Shown in pieces: positions 28,356 to 41,215 of a stretch of 64,000 nucleotides of DNA. Under the pieces are notes generated by a model, which saw nothing but the letters and a program-made list of their open reading frames with translations, was not told the DNA's origin and ran no database searches. The DNA is taken from NCBI RefSeq assembly GCF_001194135.2, contig NC_068999.1:13113688-13177687 (forward strand). The letters are read 5' to 3'. Made by a program: the position numbers and the translations under genes. The stretch is from Octopus bimaculoides. Taxonomy: Eukaryota. How positions within the stretch are numbered: the stretch's first letter is position 1; the number at the start of each line of letters is the position of its first letter.

Positions 28356-29169
28356 TAGCTTCCGTCGGCACAGCTACAGGAAAGAACACGAAATGAAAGA
28401 TATTACTCTCACCTTGTATAAATAACTAAAAGAAAAATGTTACTGAAACATCATGCATAATAAATATAAATAAACAACATGAAAATCAAATCTGCGTGTA
28501 AAGAAGGCGAAACAAAGCTGCTATATTAAGAATCTCCAATTCAGCAAACAAGTTAATATAAGGGTTTAGTGCTAAAGCGATTTTTGGGTCATAGTTATTT
28601 GAATTCCTGATGCAATNNNNNNNNNNNNNNNNNNNNNNNNNNNNNNNNNNNNNNNNNNNNNNNNNNNNNNNNNNNNNNNNNNNNNNNNNNNNNNNNNNNN
28701 NNNNNNNNNNNNNNNNNNNNNNNNNNNNNNNNNNNNNNNNNNNNNNNNNNNNNNNNNNNNNNNNNNNNNNNNNNNNNNNNNNNNNNNNNNNNNNNNNNNN
28801 NNNNNNNNNNNNNNNNNNNNNNNNNNNNNNNNNNNNNNNNNNNNNNNNNNNNNNNNNNNNNNNNNNNNNNNNNNNNNNNNNNNNNNNNNNNNNNNNNNNN
28901 NNNNNNNNNNNNNNNNNNNNNNNNNNNNNNNNNNNNNNNNNNNNNNNNNNNNNNNNNNNNNNNNNNNNNNNNNNNNNNNNNNNNNNNNNNNNNNNNNNNN
29001 NNNNNNNNNNNNNNNNNNNNNNNNNNNNNNNNNNNNNNNNNNNNNNNNNNNNNNNNNNNNNNNNNNNNNNNNNNNNNNNNNNNNNATATATATACATATA
29101 TATATATATACATATATATATATAAATATACATACGCACACACACACACACACACACGCATATATATGC

Positions 29170-29213
<44 letters not shown>

Positions 29214-30059
29214 AAACACATCGGTGTGTGTATGTGAGTGCGCGTACCTGTGTTTGAGGGCAGAATTCCCGTGTAGAAATATACGTATTGAATGCAACAA
29301 GCATTTTCTGAAGCCCAACCTGCATTGAGAAAATATATATATATACAAACATTCTTTTAAAATCCGTGGAGCGTAACAGAAGTCGGTGACAATAATGAAG
29401 AACCGGAGTGAAAATCCTAATTGTTATTACTTTTATAGCATTCAGAGTAAATTGAGTTCCATCCTGATATGTAGAATAAAGAAGGAAAGGATAGAAATGG
29501 AATCATGTTTCTACGGTTTATTATCATTTGTGGCATGTGCTTACAGAGATAACGCCATTTCAGCTGGATCCTAAACTAATGCATATATGATAGGATTATT
29601 TATTGAATAAAGAACACCGTATTTGAACAAGAGAAAACCCATGATAATCGGGACTCATACAACTAAAACCAGTTTCATACTGCTTACAATTTTCTAGGAA
29701 ATATATCATTGATCTAATTTCTGATCGAATGACCTAACTATATACGATGTGCATGTTAACTCATCTATTGGCAGAAACGTACAATGAGTCAAGAAAGTCA
29801 AAAAACAAAATGATACATTAGGAGAAAAATTATTGTAGAATATATATTTTATCCTAATAAACACGATCGTAATTCATATGGGAAGAAAAGGTTGAGGTAA
29901 TTGGCTTCTTTCTAGTAACATTTGCTATTGGAATATTTGTTTGGAAATTAGTGTCGTTATACCAAGGAAATGCTAAAGCATTATATATGAGCATATTTCT
30001 GTGAGTGCGTATACGGAGGTAGGGGCATACTTCTTTCTATCTACGCACACACATATATA

Positions 30060-30970
30060 TATATACGTTTGTGAGTGGGTGTCTGTGTGCGCGTGTGTGC
30101 ATATCCGCATATGAATGAGTAAGTGAGTGTCTACTTATAATTGCTTATATATATACACTATATGTTTCATTTTGGGATTTGGTTTGCAAGATTCTTTATG
30201 TGAGTTCGTGTGTTGAAACATATTCTATTGTGTCTGAAGTGAGTCATTCTCTTTTAGTGCCTTATAATTTAATACACTCACAGGTAAACTTTTCACTCAT
30301 TCACTTATATATTTTTCTAAAATCTTTCTTGCCTCTTGCAACCATTTCAATAGTTTTTCGCTCTGTCCGTTATCCGAGCTGCGTTCTTTTTGTTTGTTTC
30401 TGTGCACGTGTGTGGGTCAGTGTGTGTGTGCGCATACACATGTATGCATGTATGTGCGCATACATATATATGTATGCATGCATCTAACTATGAGTATGCA
30501 TGTACGTGTATATGTGCGGATGTATATTTGTATGTTTGTATGTTTGTGTGTATGTATATTTCATATTCATGTGTTGGTGAGTTTGTGTGTTCGTGTTTAT
30601 GCGTTTTTTATGTGTGTTTGTGTCTGCATGTCTGTGTGTTTAACTCTGTCTCCGTGTGTGTGCATGTCTGAGTGTCTGAGTGTATGTGTGTGTATGGGTT
30701 TTTTGTGATTATGTACTTTGTCTGTATGTATGAATGTGTAACTCCGTAAGCGTCATGCATGTCACCACAGGTGCCTTTGCGTGAAGTGAAGTGGGTGTGT
30801 TCCAGTCTTTATTTGTGTATGTGTGGTTGTTCACATTGCCGCCGTAACTATCTGTCTGTATGTCTATATGTTTACTTTTATATCCATTTGTCTATATACG
30901 TGTGCATATGCATACACATACATACACACACATACATACATACATACATACATACATACATACATCTGCG
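30060..30970. repeat. Degenerate TG-rich, then (CATA)n, low-complexity block
   Basis: Decayed (TG)n/(TGTA)n through about 30760, then (CATA)n at about 30915-30965. Confidence 0.85.
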
Positions 30971-31301
30971 GTATCCTGCCAACGCTCATACTTTCATTAC
31001 TATTTACGTCACTGTGAAATCTGTTATTTACCTAGCCATTTATGGCGTACTACGCGTTGTTATGCCTAGGTTGCATTGGATCCTTATAGGTAATCCATAT
31101 CTATCTATATATCTATCTATCTATCTATATATATATATCTATCTNNNNNNNNNNNNNNNNNNNNNNNNNNNNNNNNNNNNNNNNNNNNNNNNNNNNNNNN
31201 NNNNNNNNNNNNNNNNNNNNNNNNNNNNNNNNNNNNNNNNNNNNNNNNNNNNNNNNNNNNNNNNNNNNNNNNNNNNNNNNNNNNNNNNNNNNNNNNNNNN
31301 N

Positions 31302-31337
<36 letters not shown>

Positions 31338-32314
31338 TTTGGGTGTTGTATATGATTGCGTGATGTGAAATAATTGTGTTAATGTGATACTGAGTGAATA
31401 CCTGTGTAGCTATGTTGAATAAGTCATTGAGAAACGACTACGTGACGTAAATCATTTACCACCATTTTGAATTAATTATAAGTTTCCTGTTCACTGTCTC
31501 GACGTGATGTTTGCAATACAGCTATTTTTACTCTATATTCACCTGTTAAGGTAGACACGATTTTGTACACAGTTTAGTAGGAATTATATAATCTCTACAT
31601 CTAATTCTGTATCAGTTATATGCTATATCAGAGGCGATTGTTTTTTTCTAATTATTAACTTATTATTACATATAACAATATACAATAATATTAGTTGATA
31701 TGGACCTACAGATATAATACGACTCAGTAACAATGTATATAATTAACAAATTGCCATACATGCATTTATTTGTGAGCATTGCTTATGAAATCCAGTTGTC
31801 ATTTATTTCCGATAGATATGTCTTGAAGGTACCTAGGAAATATATCAGCGAAATAATATTATCTCCTCTTCCATAATTTGTTTTATATCCGTATCAACAC
31901 ATTTCCAGCTTCAATAATATTGGTTTTCAACGTATTTAACACCACAATGAAGGCATTCGCGTGAACTGAACGCCTATAACTGTTTTGTGGAAATATTATC
32001 TGAGGCTCTGATATTCAGAAGCCTATTAGTTTATTTCTCAAGTTCTGTAATCAGTTTGAGAAGTTTATTATATCAGACAATACTGGCGAGAGGAATCGAC
32101 ATGTTGATTTAGATACTATACATTGATATCAAAGCAATCAGAACGCATTCGCCGTTCATTTATATTATTTTTTTTTTTTCTATCAGGGTCTAAAAGATAT
32201 CTTTCAAGCACAGAATTCTTACAATTGAGCCAAACGCACAAAAGTATATGCATTTTAGGAAGGTTAATTCATATTAGTACTTTAGTTTTAAGCCTGGTAA
32301 TTAATCTATAGATT

Positions 32315-33057
32315 ATTGGCCTCATGGACAGGTTAGGAGTTCGTTAGCACACGAACACCGGTTGTGAGACGAAAGCGGGGGAACGAACACAGACACAAAC
32401 ACACACACGTACGCACACACGTGGCACGCTCATATATACACGCATAAACACACGCATAGTCACGCACAAACATACACACACACACGCACACATACACATA
32501 CACACATACACACATATACATATANNNNNNNNNNNNNNNNNNNNNNNNNNNNNNNNNNNNNNNNNNNNNNNNNNNNNNNNNNNNNNNNNNNNNNNNNNNN
32601 NNNNNNNNNNNNNNNNNNNNNNNNNNNNNNNNNNNNNNNNNNNNNNNNNNNNNNNNNNNNNNNNNNNNNNNNNNNNNNNNNNNNNNNNNNNNNNNNNNNN
32701 NNNNNNNNNNNNNNNNNNNNNNNNNNNNNNNNNNNNNNNNNNNNNNNNNNNNNNNNNNNNNNNNNNNNNNNNNNNNNNNNNNNNNNNNNNNNNNNNNNNN
32801 NNNNNNNNNNNNNNNNNNNNNNNNNNNNNNNNNNNNNNNNNNNNNNNNNNNNNNNNNNNNNNNNNNNNNNNNNNNNNNNNNNNNNNNNNNNNNNNNNNNN
32901 NNNNNNNNNNNNNNNNNNNNNNNNNNNNNNNNNNNNNNNNNNNNNNNNNNNNNNNNNNNNNNNNNNNNNNNNNNNNNNNNNNNNNNNNNNNNNNNNNNNN
33001 NNNNNNNNNNNNNNNNNNNNNNNNNNNNNNNNNNNNNNNNNNNNNNNNNNNNNNNNN

Positions 33058-33094
<37 letters not shown>

Positions 33095-33210
33095 CGGCGG
33101 ACTTCTTTCAAATCTACTCACAGTTATTTGATCGGTCCAAGGGCTATAGTACAACTCACTTTCCAAGGGTACCGCGTAGTTGAACCCGGAACAATGTTGC
33201 TGGAAAATAT
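32315..33210 (-). mobile_element. SINE family 1 spanning gap 32525-33057
   Basis: 32315-32400 is the reverse complement of the 3' body (acaccggttgtgag...gggggaacgaacacagacacaaac). 33090-33205 is the reverse complement of the 5' half (cggacttctttca...gggctatagta...ttccaagggtacc...tgaacccggaacaatg). A CA/TA microsatellite and the gap lie between them. Confidence 0.72.
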
Positions 33211-34403
33211 TCACTCATGAGAATTCAGAGTAAGATAGGAACTCTTCCTTTTTCATTAACCTGGTAGAATTATTAGGTAATTAACCAGGCAATGGCTTAT
33301 CTATTGGCTAGGTCTAGTGTATAATGCATTATCCTTAAAGCTCACGCACAAAGAAATCATTTATCATATCTGGAATGCATATGAATATATGTCGGTGAAT
33401 GCTGAATTTCTATAAATTCAGTAATAAATACTAGATATAAATTTTCTTTAGAACACTCTTCTCTATACATATCTGCACTTCATCCAAGTTTCATGCCACA
33501 TTATTATTTTTGTTTTGTATATAGTAATTTTTTGCTTCTTTATTCCTCCTTTGTGTTGCAAGCAAACAAAATATGACGGAATCATTGAATGTTTCTCAGT
33601 TTATTTTTCACAGCTTACTTGAATACATAATGGAGCATGTTAACAGCTATTACTCCTCGAAAATTGTCTATTTTACAGTTATTTCACGAAATCCCGTAAC
33701 CGTTCGATCGGCAAGCATGTATATCTCTATATACACACGTACACACATGTATATATATATATATATATGTGTGTGTATATNNNNNNNNNNNNNNNNNNNN
33801 NNNNNNNNNNNNNNNNNNNNNNNNNNNNNNNNNNNNNNNNNNNNNNNNNNNNNNNNNNNNNNNNNNNNNNNNNNNNNNNNNNNNNNNNNNNNNNNNNNNN
33901 NNNNNNNNNNNNNNNNNNNNNNNNNNNTATATATATATATATATAATCAATTTGTTAATACAAAGCAATATTTATATGATTTGAAAGTTATGTAAGGCAA
34001 AAGAGAAGCAACTGATGATTCAATGTGAAAAATGATGCAACGATATAAAATTTGTGTCATGTACTTTTTTAACAACCAGTTGACAACAATCCTTTATAAT
34101 ATCCGGCACAAAAAAGGCAAGCTTGCAGGGTGAATTTATGAGGTGTAAGAGACCTGATCACAATGGCGTATATCAAATCTTCATGAACGGTTAAGAACAT
34201 TAGCGTGCAAGTATATTCATAGGCAAGGGAATGTTATGATTACTGAAGACTCCTTTCATTTACACCACCTGGTATTAACTGATCAACATATCGTTGAAGA
34301 TAACTGTCCTTTTGTTATTTACTGATTTTATTATTTCACGACTGCCATTTGAATATTATAAATGTTTAAATGCCAGTCCTTTCGATTATTCCGTAATTTC
34401 AGA

Positions 34404-34758
34404 TTTAACGATCTTCCGAGTTTTATTAATTTTATACCTAGGCTACTTCTATGACATCAACGTCAAATTGTAATTAAACCATAAATTCTTTTGTATGGCG
34501 ATAAAAGGCAGGGTTCCTGATATAATTTATGTGAATTCTCTATCCCGCTCTTGATTAAATGTCATCGAGTATTACTTTATAGTTTCCTGGATGTCAAACA
34601 TTCATCTAATTATTGCTGAATTCATCATTGGACCTAAATTGATTATGTAAGTCGAACCAGTTATTGGTTGGTTAATTAATATATATTGTAACGCTGGTAG
34701 ATATTCTTGGATATTTTCTATCATGCTAATCTGGCAATGAAACATTTTCTCCGAAATA
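34404..34758. repeat. Unclassified dispersed repeat, copy 2
   Basis: Same orientation as 24088-24370, with an extra internal segment of roughly 65-70 bp. Confidence 0.85.
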
Positions 34759-35574
34759 CGGTTTCATATCATTCAAATACCTTTCATTAAATGTGTTTCT
34801 ACTGAATAAAAGCCTTATGTCCATTGAGCTGTGAGGTCTGTGTATATAATAGATTTGTATTAAATCAGTTGTAGTACAAATTCTGAACCAAATGTTGACA
34901 ATCTTACACAACTTGTACCAGTGAATTCGCCATATCTGTATATAAAGTGAACTGACAATTCTAGTATCCAAAATAAATACCTTGTGTATCATATTTGGTA
35001 ATGGAATTTAAGAGATTAGAGGAAAAGACAATAGAGAGATTAATGAAATGTGTTATGTCCAGATTTCAAGCTATGTTTATATTTAAAATATCCCATTGGC
35101 CACTAACAGAGAAGGTCGTTGTGACGTGGTTTATGATAGGGGTAAATTTATTCAAGTCAGGATGAATTACTTTCACCGAATACACAACTTTCGTTTTTAG
35201 GGAAATACGGAAAAGCGTGTGAGAAATACAGAAATGCTCATTTGGATTTTCAGAGATTAAAATACTAAATATGACATTAGATGGAATATCATTGGTAGTT
35301 CTTCACGTTATAGTGTTGGAAATAGCAAATAGTATATGAAGCCTTGAAGAAATATTACATATCATTACCTTGAAATATGTTATTGAAATAGAAATTAATA
35401 AACAATACAATATGTATATCCACAGAGAAAAACCTTTCCATACAACCCAATGGAATGGTGTTTTATGATTTATTTACATAGTAGTATTAAACAAGTAAAG
35501 ACAGTTAAGATCGTTTTAACATTAGTATGGATACCAAAGACACCGCTCGGGTAACGGATTTCGTTACCAGCGTT

Positions 35575-35635
35575 ATACCAGCCGAAACGTATTATCAACA
35601 AAGAAGATGAGGACAAATATCCGTCGAATGTAAAT
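35575..35635. repeat. Dispersed copy of one arm of the 21118-21176 hairpin
   Basis: 35607-35632 atgaggacaaatatccgtcgaatgta matches 21151-21176 at 25 of 26 positions; preceded by ccagccgaaacg. Confidence 0.85.
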
Positions 35636-37490
35636 ATCATTTACAAACTTCTATGTCAATAAAATACTATTCGTCTTCAAAGATGTTTTTTTTATACTTT
35701 CTGCAGATTGCTTGAAGCTTATTAAATTCTAACGCTTGGATCCTTGTGTCCTACAATTACAAATAATTATACAAACACACAAACACACACACGCACATCT
35801 ATATATATTTACATATACTAACACAGACACACATGTACATCTTATCACCTTATGTTCCATTTTTACAAAATATTAACAATCGATAATGTTGGATGCTTAA
35901 GTAAACTTTAACGTTATTTTACGTAACAGTTAAACTCGATCACTTCGACATTTGAATAACTTTTGTTGCAAATGAAACTGTTTAGCGTTGTTACAAATTT
36001 AATACACGAAATAAATCCCATTTGATTAGAATGTGTCAATCAAATTAAAGAAAAAGAACACGCTCAGTAAATATTATTTGACTCACTCTCGATATCAATT
36101 ATTCTCATACTTCAACCTCGTATTTGAAACTTATTGCGTATTCACTTATAATGAATACAAGTTACACGTGGTCTTTTTTTACACGTTTACTGTTTTTAGT
36201 TGTTTTTTTGTTGATTTTCTAAGGAAACAAATTTGTCTGTACGTTTTACGAGTCATTTCCTTTAGTACTTTATTGAGTAACGTTTACACAAATATAAAAT
36301 TAGATATGTTACATATGAGGATTATTATGTCATTGTAAAAATGTGTCGTTTGTTTGTCGCAGACATTACAATTGGCATGATCTTTACAGAAGGTATGTTT
36401 TTCTTTAGAAATGAAAGAAATTACAGATGGAGATACAGACAAACACACACAAACGCAGACATACTCCTCTTTCTTTGTCTCTCAACCCCTCTCCCCCTCT
36501 CTCTCTCTCTCTCTCTTACACACACAGAATACACACACACACACACTAAGACACACGTGTATTTATGCATATTCCGTGAAGAATTATTGTTTTATTTTGG
36601 GCAATTATGGGGGAAAGGGCATTGTATAACCTGAATACTTTTCTTTCGATTTCATACTGCTGAAAACTCACAATCCTGTCTTCCTGTCCCTAGACATGTC
36701 AGAACATTATATATTTGCATTGTACAAAGAAATTATCTGAGCTCCGCTTTTTTTCCTAATGTCTGTTATTTGCTATTTTTGTTTATTTTTTCTGGAAGCT
36801 CATCTTTAATCATAATGTATGTGTACACCTTAATATATAACGGGTAGATTTTCTTAAAATTTTAAAGTGTCTGATACCGTCATATAGTTTTTTCAGGTAT
36901 CAATGCATCAAATGGAATTTAGCTGGGTTGATGATTCTCGATTCTTCAGAAAATAGCACATAGAACTTGTCTTGGTCTCTTCTGATACCAAGCAGGGGGA
37001 AAGCAAATTGCTCTCAGTGGAATCCGCAGAGAAAACACAATAATGCATTTTGAGGACGCTCTAATGCTTATGCCAAGTTGACACCATTGGTTTGTGATTT
37101 ACCCATAAAAAGAGACTATGGAGAAAGCACAGTTTTATAATTCAACGAATATTGGACTTGAGTGACTTATAAAGATAGAGCTTATAATGACAGACAGAAT
37201 TATGCAATGCGTTTACTGATAATCTGATATTTCTGATACGTGACCGCCCTAGGAATAATGAAGAAAGGTTCTCATTTTGGAACTCCAACAATTTCAGTGG
37301 TAGTTGTTAGTTAATGCCTCGAAGGACACTAATTCAATACTACTTTACATAAAGGCGTTGGCATGCATAAAAGCCGATGTTAAAATTGCACTCATATGAA
37401 TTCAAAATTTAAAGACCTGAATAAACTTAAGAGCGTTCCGTCCGCTGGCCAAATGAGCACTCCAGGTTCCGCCAAGTTCACCTGATTTTA

Positions 37491-37500
37491 CTGCTTCTGT

Positions 37501-37532
<32 letters not shown>

Positions 37533-37572
37533 CTGCTACTACTACACTACTACCACCACTACCGCCACCAAC

Positions 37573-37633
<61 letters not shown>

Positions 37634-37790
37634 AGACAACGACGACGTATACTACTGCTCCGGATGTCACTATTGTCGTTAGTGTTGCTGCTACCGCCAC
37701 TAGCGACACCACCACATACACGACCACGCAGAACAACAACGGCAACAATAACCGTAAAAAAGATCTACAACAACAAATGCAACAATAATG
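37491..37790. repeat. Compound triplet microsatellite (CTG)n-(CTA/CCA)n decaying into ACG/ACA units
   Basis: Direct reading. Confidence 0.92.
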
Positions 37791-38374
37791 AATACAACAG
37801 TAATTATATCAGTTTCAAATTTTAGGTAAGGGGACTTTCTTTTGCACGCCGAACGATGTTATCAGGCTAGGTAACATTCAAATTTCTTTTATCAAATTAT
37901 TCTTGGATATCAAAATAAGCCATGGTTCGTAAATATACCATATACAATGCAGTTTTACACTCTTTACTATACCATTGCTTTGTATATTCCATATACAATG
38001 ACGTTTTGCACTCTATTGACAGTTTGACGACATAGAAATGAATAGAGAATGTAATACTGTCCTTACGTATTTCACGGCTTAATATGATGATGCCATTTAG
38101 AAAGCCATATCTGGTTCGTGATCATTATTTAGCAACTATAGCATCGTCCTTCACATTCATATCTTAGTCAGCATACTAAGGCAACAGGTGAGACTACTGG
38201 TGAGACTGAGTGAACAACCTTATTTCACTACTCGTTGTTCTGGCGTTGGCTGACAAAAAAAAAACACTGAGCGAGTGTCGTTACCCTTAGGAGAATGCCT
38301 CTCTAAATCTGATGCTGAACTTGCAAACAATATCAAAACACATATTTTGCTGTTTCCAAAACCTTTTCGATTCT

Positions 38375-38556
38375 TGTCTCACAATATAATTCGACGTATT
38401 TGTCTCACAGTATAATTCGACGTATTTGTCTCACAGTATAATTCGACGCATTTGTCTAACAGTATAATTCGACGTATTTGTCTCACAGTATAATTCGACG
38501 TATTTGTCTCACATTATAATTCGACGCATTTGTCTCACAGTATAATTCGACGTATT
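38375..38556. repeat. Minisatellite, 7 x 26 bp (tgtctcacagtataattcgacgtatt)
   Basis: Units start at 38375, 38401, 38427, 38453, 38479, 38505 and 38531, head-to-tail with no spacers. Confidence 0.97.
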
Positions 38557-38963
38557 ACAATGTATAGTTTTTATATCAACGTCCTCAAGTAGACATGTTC
38601 CTTTTTTCATTCAACTCACAGTTGGGCAAAAACCTTGGTTTCCCTTCTCACAAGCTGATTATAATTTGTAATGTAACACTCTAATCTGGCGACCAAACGG
38701 TTTCTCGTATTCCTATATTTCTGACCACTTACAATTGCGTTACATATTTGGCAATATGCCATATATTTTATCGTTAAAATTTCCAAAAGCCCTATTGAGT
38801 TGCCACTTTTATTATTTTGGTCGGTGCCTTAGAGTATGAACCTGCAGGCATGTGTGCGATGAAAATCTTGTGTACTCGAATCTACATATATGTGTATTTG
38901 TGTGTGTATGTATATATGTGTGAGTGAGTGATTGTGTATGTGAGTGTGCGTGAATGTGTGTGG

Positions 38964-38997
<34 letters not shown>

Positions 38998-39228
38998 ATG
39001 TTTATGCCCTTTCAGGTTGGAGAAGGGAAGTATATACGAGACTTCCCCTCTGGTGAAGTAATAGTTAGGCAATCATTCGATTTACCATAGTTGTTCTCAT
39101 GAGCCAACAGCGTTTAAGGACATCTCACTAATGGAATAAATAATCTATACAACTGAAATAATTCTAACATTAAGTGGCACAAGTAAATTCCGTAATATTT
39201 TGGCACACAGATGTTTATTAATATATGT

Positions 39229-39433
39229 ATTTCAAAGTTTGGAACAAGGCCAACAATTTTGGGGTGAGTTGAGAACATCAACACCAGAACCAAGCCGGTA
39301 CTTCTTGTGTCGACCATAATGGAGGAAAATGCAAAGTCGACTGCGGGGGAATTTGAACTCAGAACACAAAGAAGGTCGAAATGCCACTGAAGTTCTAGCC
39401 CGGAGTGCTAACCATCCCGCTAGCTGACCTCCT
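39229..39433 (-). mobile_element. SINE family 2, near full length
   Basis: The reverse complement starts aggaggtcagctagcgggatggttagcactccgggc...tgtgttctgagttcaaattcc (A/B-box-like) and ends ggccttgttccaaactttgaaat; colinear with 61706-61894. Confidence 0.8.
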
Positions 39434-40389
39434 TTAGTAGTCGTGTATTGCATACAGTTCAGAATTTGAAACACGGTCAGTAAATTTGCATAAGATAACT
39501 TCGTTATTGGCAGACGATATGTTTAATTAGTGAAAATAAATAGAACATATTACAATTATTTAGAATTACTGTATTTTTTTTTCTGAAGAGTACTCTGACT
39601 TATTTATAAATGTGAATTCCTGGAGTTGCTTCTTGTATAAGTGGGAGTAATTGAGAAACCAGAAATGATTTGTCTGTCTTTTGTGTTAATGGATTTCTCG
39701 TCTGTTATGTCTAATGATGTTATCTCACAGTAGACGTAGAAAAAATAAGAGAGACATACTTGGCTGTTTCACACCAGTCCGATGTTCTAGATAAATAACT
39801 GAGAAATTATTTCGTTCCACGAGAGAATAATACGTCTACGACTGTTTCCATCATACATATGTTTGTATACAAAGATTTGTTCTAATACCCAAAGCTTAAT
39901 ATTTCTCATTATATTTGAAAAAAGAAATAGCTGCAAAATGATCCCTGACAGATAGCTCATTAAAGTAATAAAACTCCAGACATTTAATTATGTCATACGC
40001 ACAACAGATTTTGCTCAAAATACGGACGTAGCTTGTTATTGCGTGTGTATCATGAGAAAACAGCTGTCACCAAAAAATCGAGTATCATATGTTGGCGGTT
40101 TGAAAGCAATTAAAAATCGTAATATCTACATGAAGCTACAATGAAAAGTTGATAAATATACACGTGAAAGAATTATTGCAAAGCATCATCGCTTAGTGGT
40201 ATTTGAACAATAGTGATTTAGTAAAAAGCGATTGTATGCCACATAATAAAATAGAAATATCAGAAATTAAGTTAAAGTGACTTCAAGCGCTAAAACCTTG
40301 TATTGATTAATATATCAACATTTTATGCTAATGTTTAATGTGAAAATATATACAGAACATATTTCATGACTGACTTTTGTTTTATAATA

Positions 40390-40467
40390 AAATATTTATA
40401 AGCATTCATTTTAACGTTATAAATATATGTATATTTATAACGTTAAAATGAATGGTTATAAATATTT
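40390..40467. repeat. AT-rich near-perfect palindrome
   Basis: aaatatttataagcattcattttaacgttataaatat-atgt-atatttataacgttaaaatgaatggttataaatattt: 37-bp arms with one mismatch. Confidence 0.95.
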
Positions 40468-40969
40468 CAGTGAATAAGAGAGTCTGGTTTTCGAATGGAA
40501 AATTTTGAATATGCTTTGTCTTATGTATATAAAAATTGGCAGTGGTACGAACCACATAATGAAATCATAAAATATGAGATAGAAATAGTAGACGCCAACT
40601 AAAAGATCTCAAAAAACACTCCACAAATGCAAAATACACATCCGAAATTAAAACAAAATTCTCCGTAAAAGAATATGAAGATAGCAGATGAGGAACGTGC
40701 AACAACAACAACTTTAAACAATTAGAAAGTGGTTTCCACATAAAATCCAAGCGCAAAATCTCGTTCAAAATAAATGTAGATATGAACTGTAAGAAGCAGG
40801 ATCTTATATACTGCATTATTTGCCTTATCTACCAGGAAAATTACATCGACAAAACAAACTATTCCGTCTGCATACGTGCAAGTATCCACAGACAACTTAT
40901 CCAAGAAGAGGAATTGCGCAAGATTCCACTGAGCAATCGACTAGAAATATGCGGTGAAGGAAACTTCAA

Positions 40970-41051
<82 letters not shown>

Positions 41052-41111
41052 ACTACACCTGCTGCTGCTGCCGCTGCTGCTGCTACTACTACTACTACTA
41101 CTACTACAACA

Positions 41112-41175
<64 letters not shown>

Positions 41176-41184
41176 TACTACCAC

Positions 41185-41214
<30 letters not shown>
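40970..41214. repeat. Compound triplet array (ACT)n-(GCT)n-(ACT)n-(TAA)10
   Basis: Direct reading; TAA run at 41185-41214. Confidence 0.97.

Positions 41215-41215
<1 letters not shown>

Noticed and set aside
38375-38556. 26-bp repeat array as a CRISPR array
   Set aside because: The units are contiguous with no unique spacers, there are no cas genes, and the context is eukaryotic.
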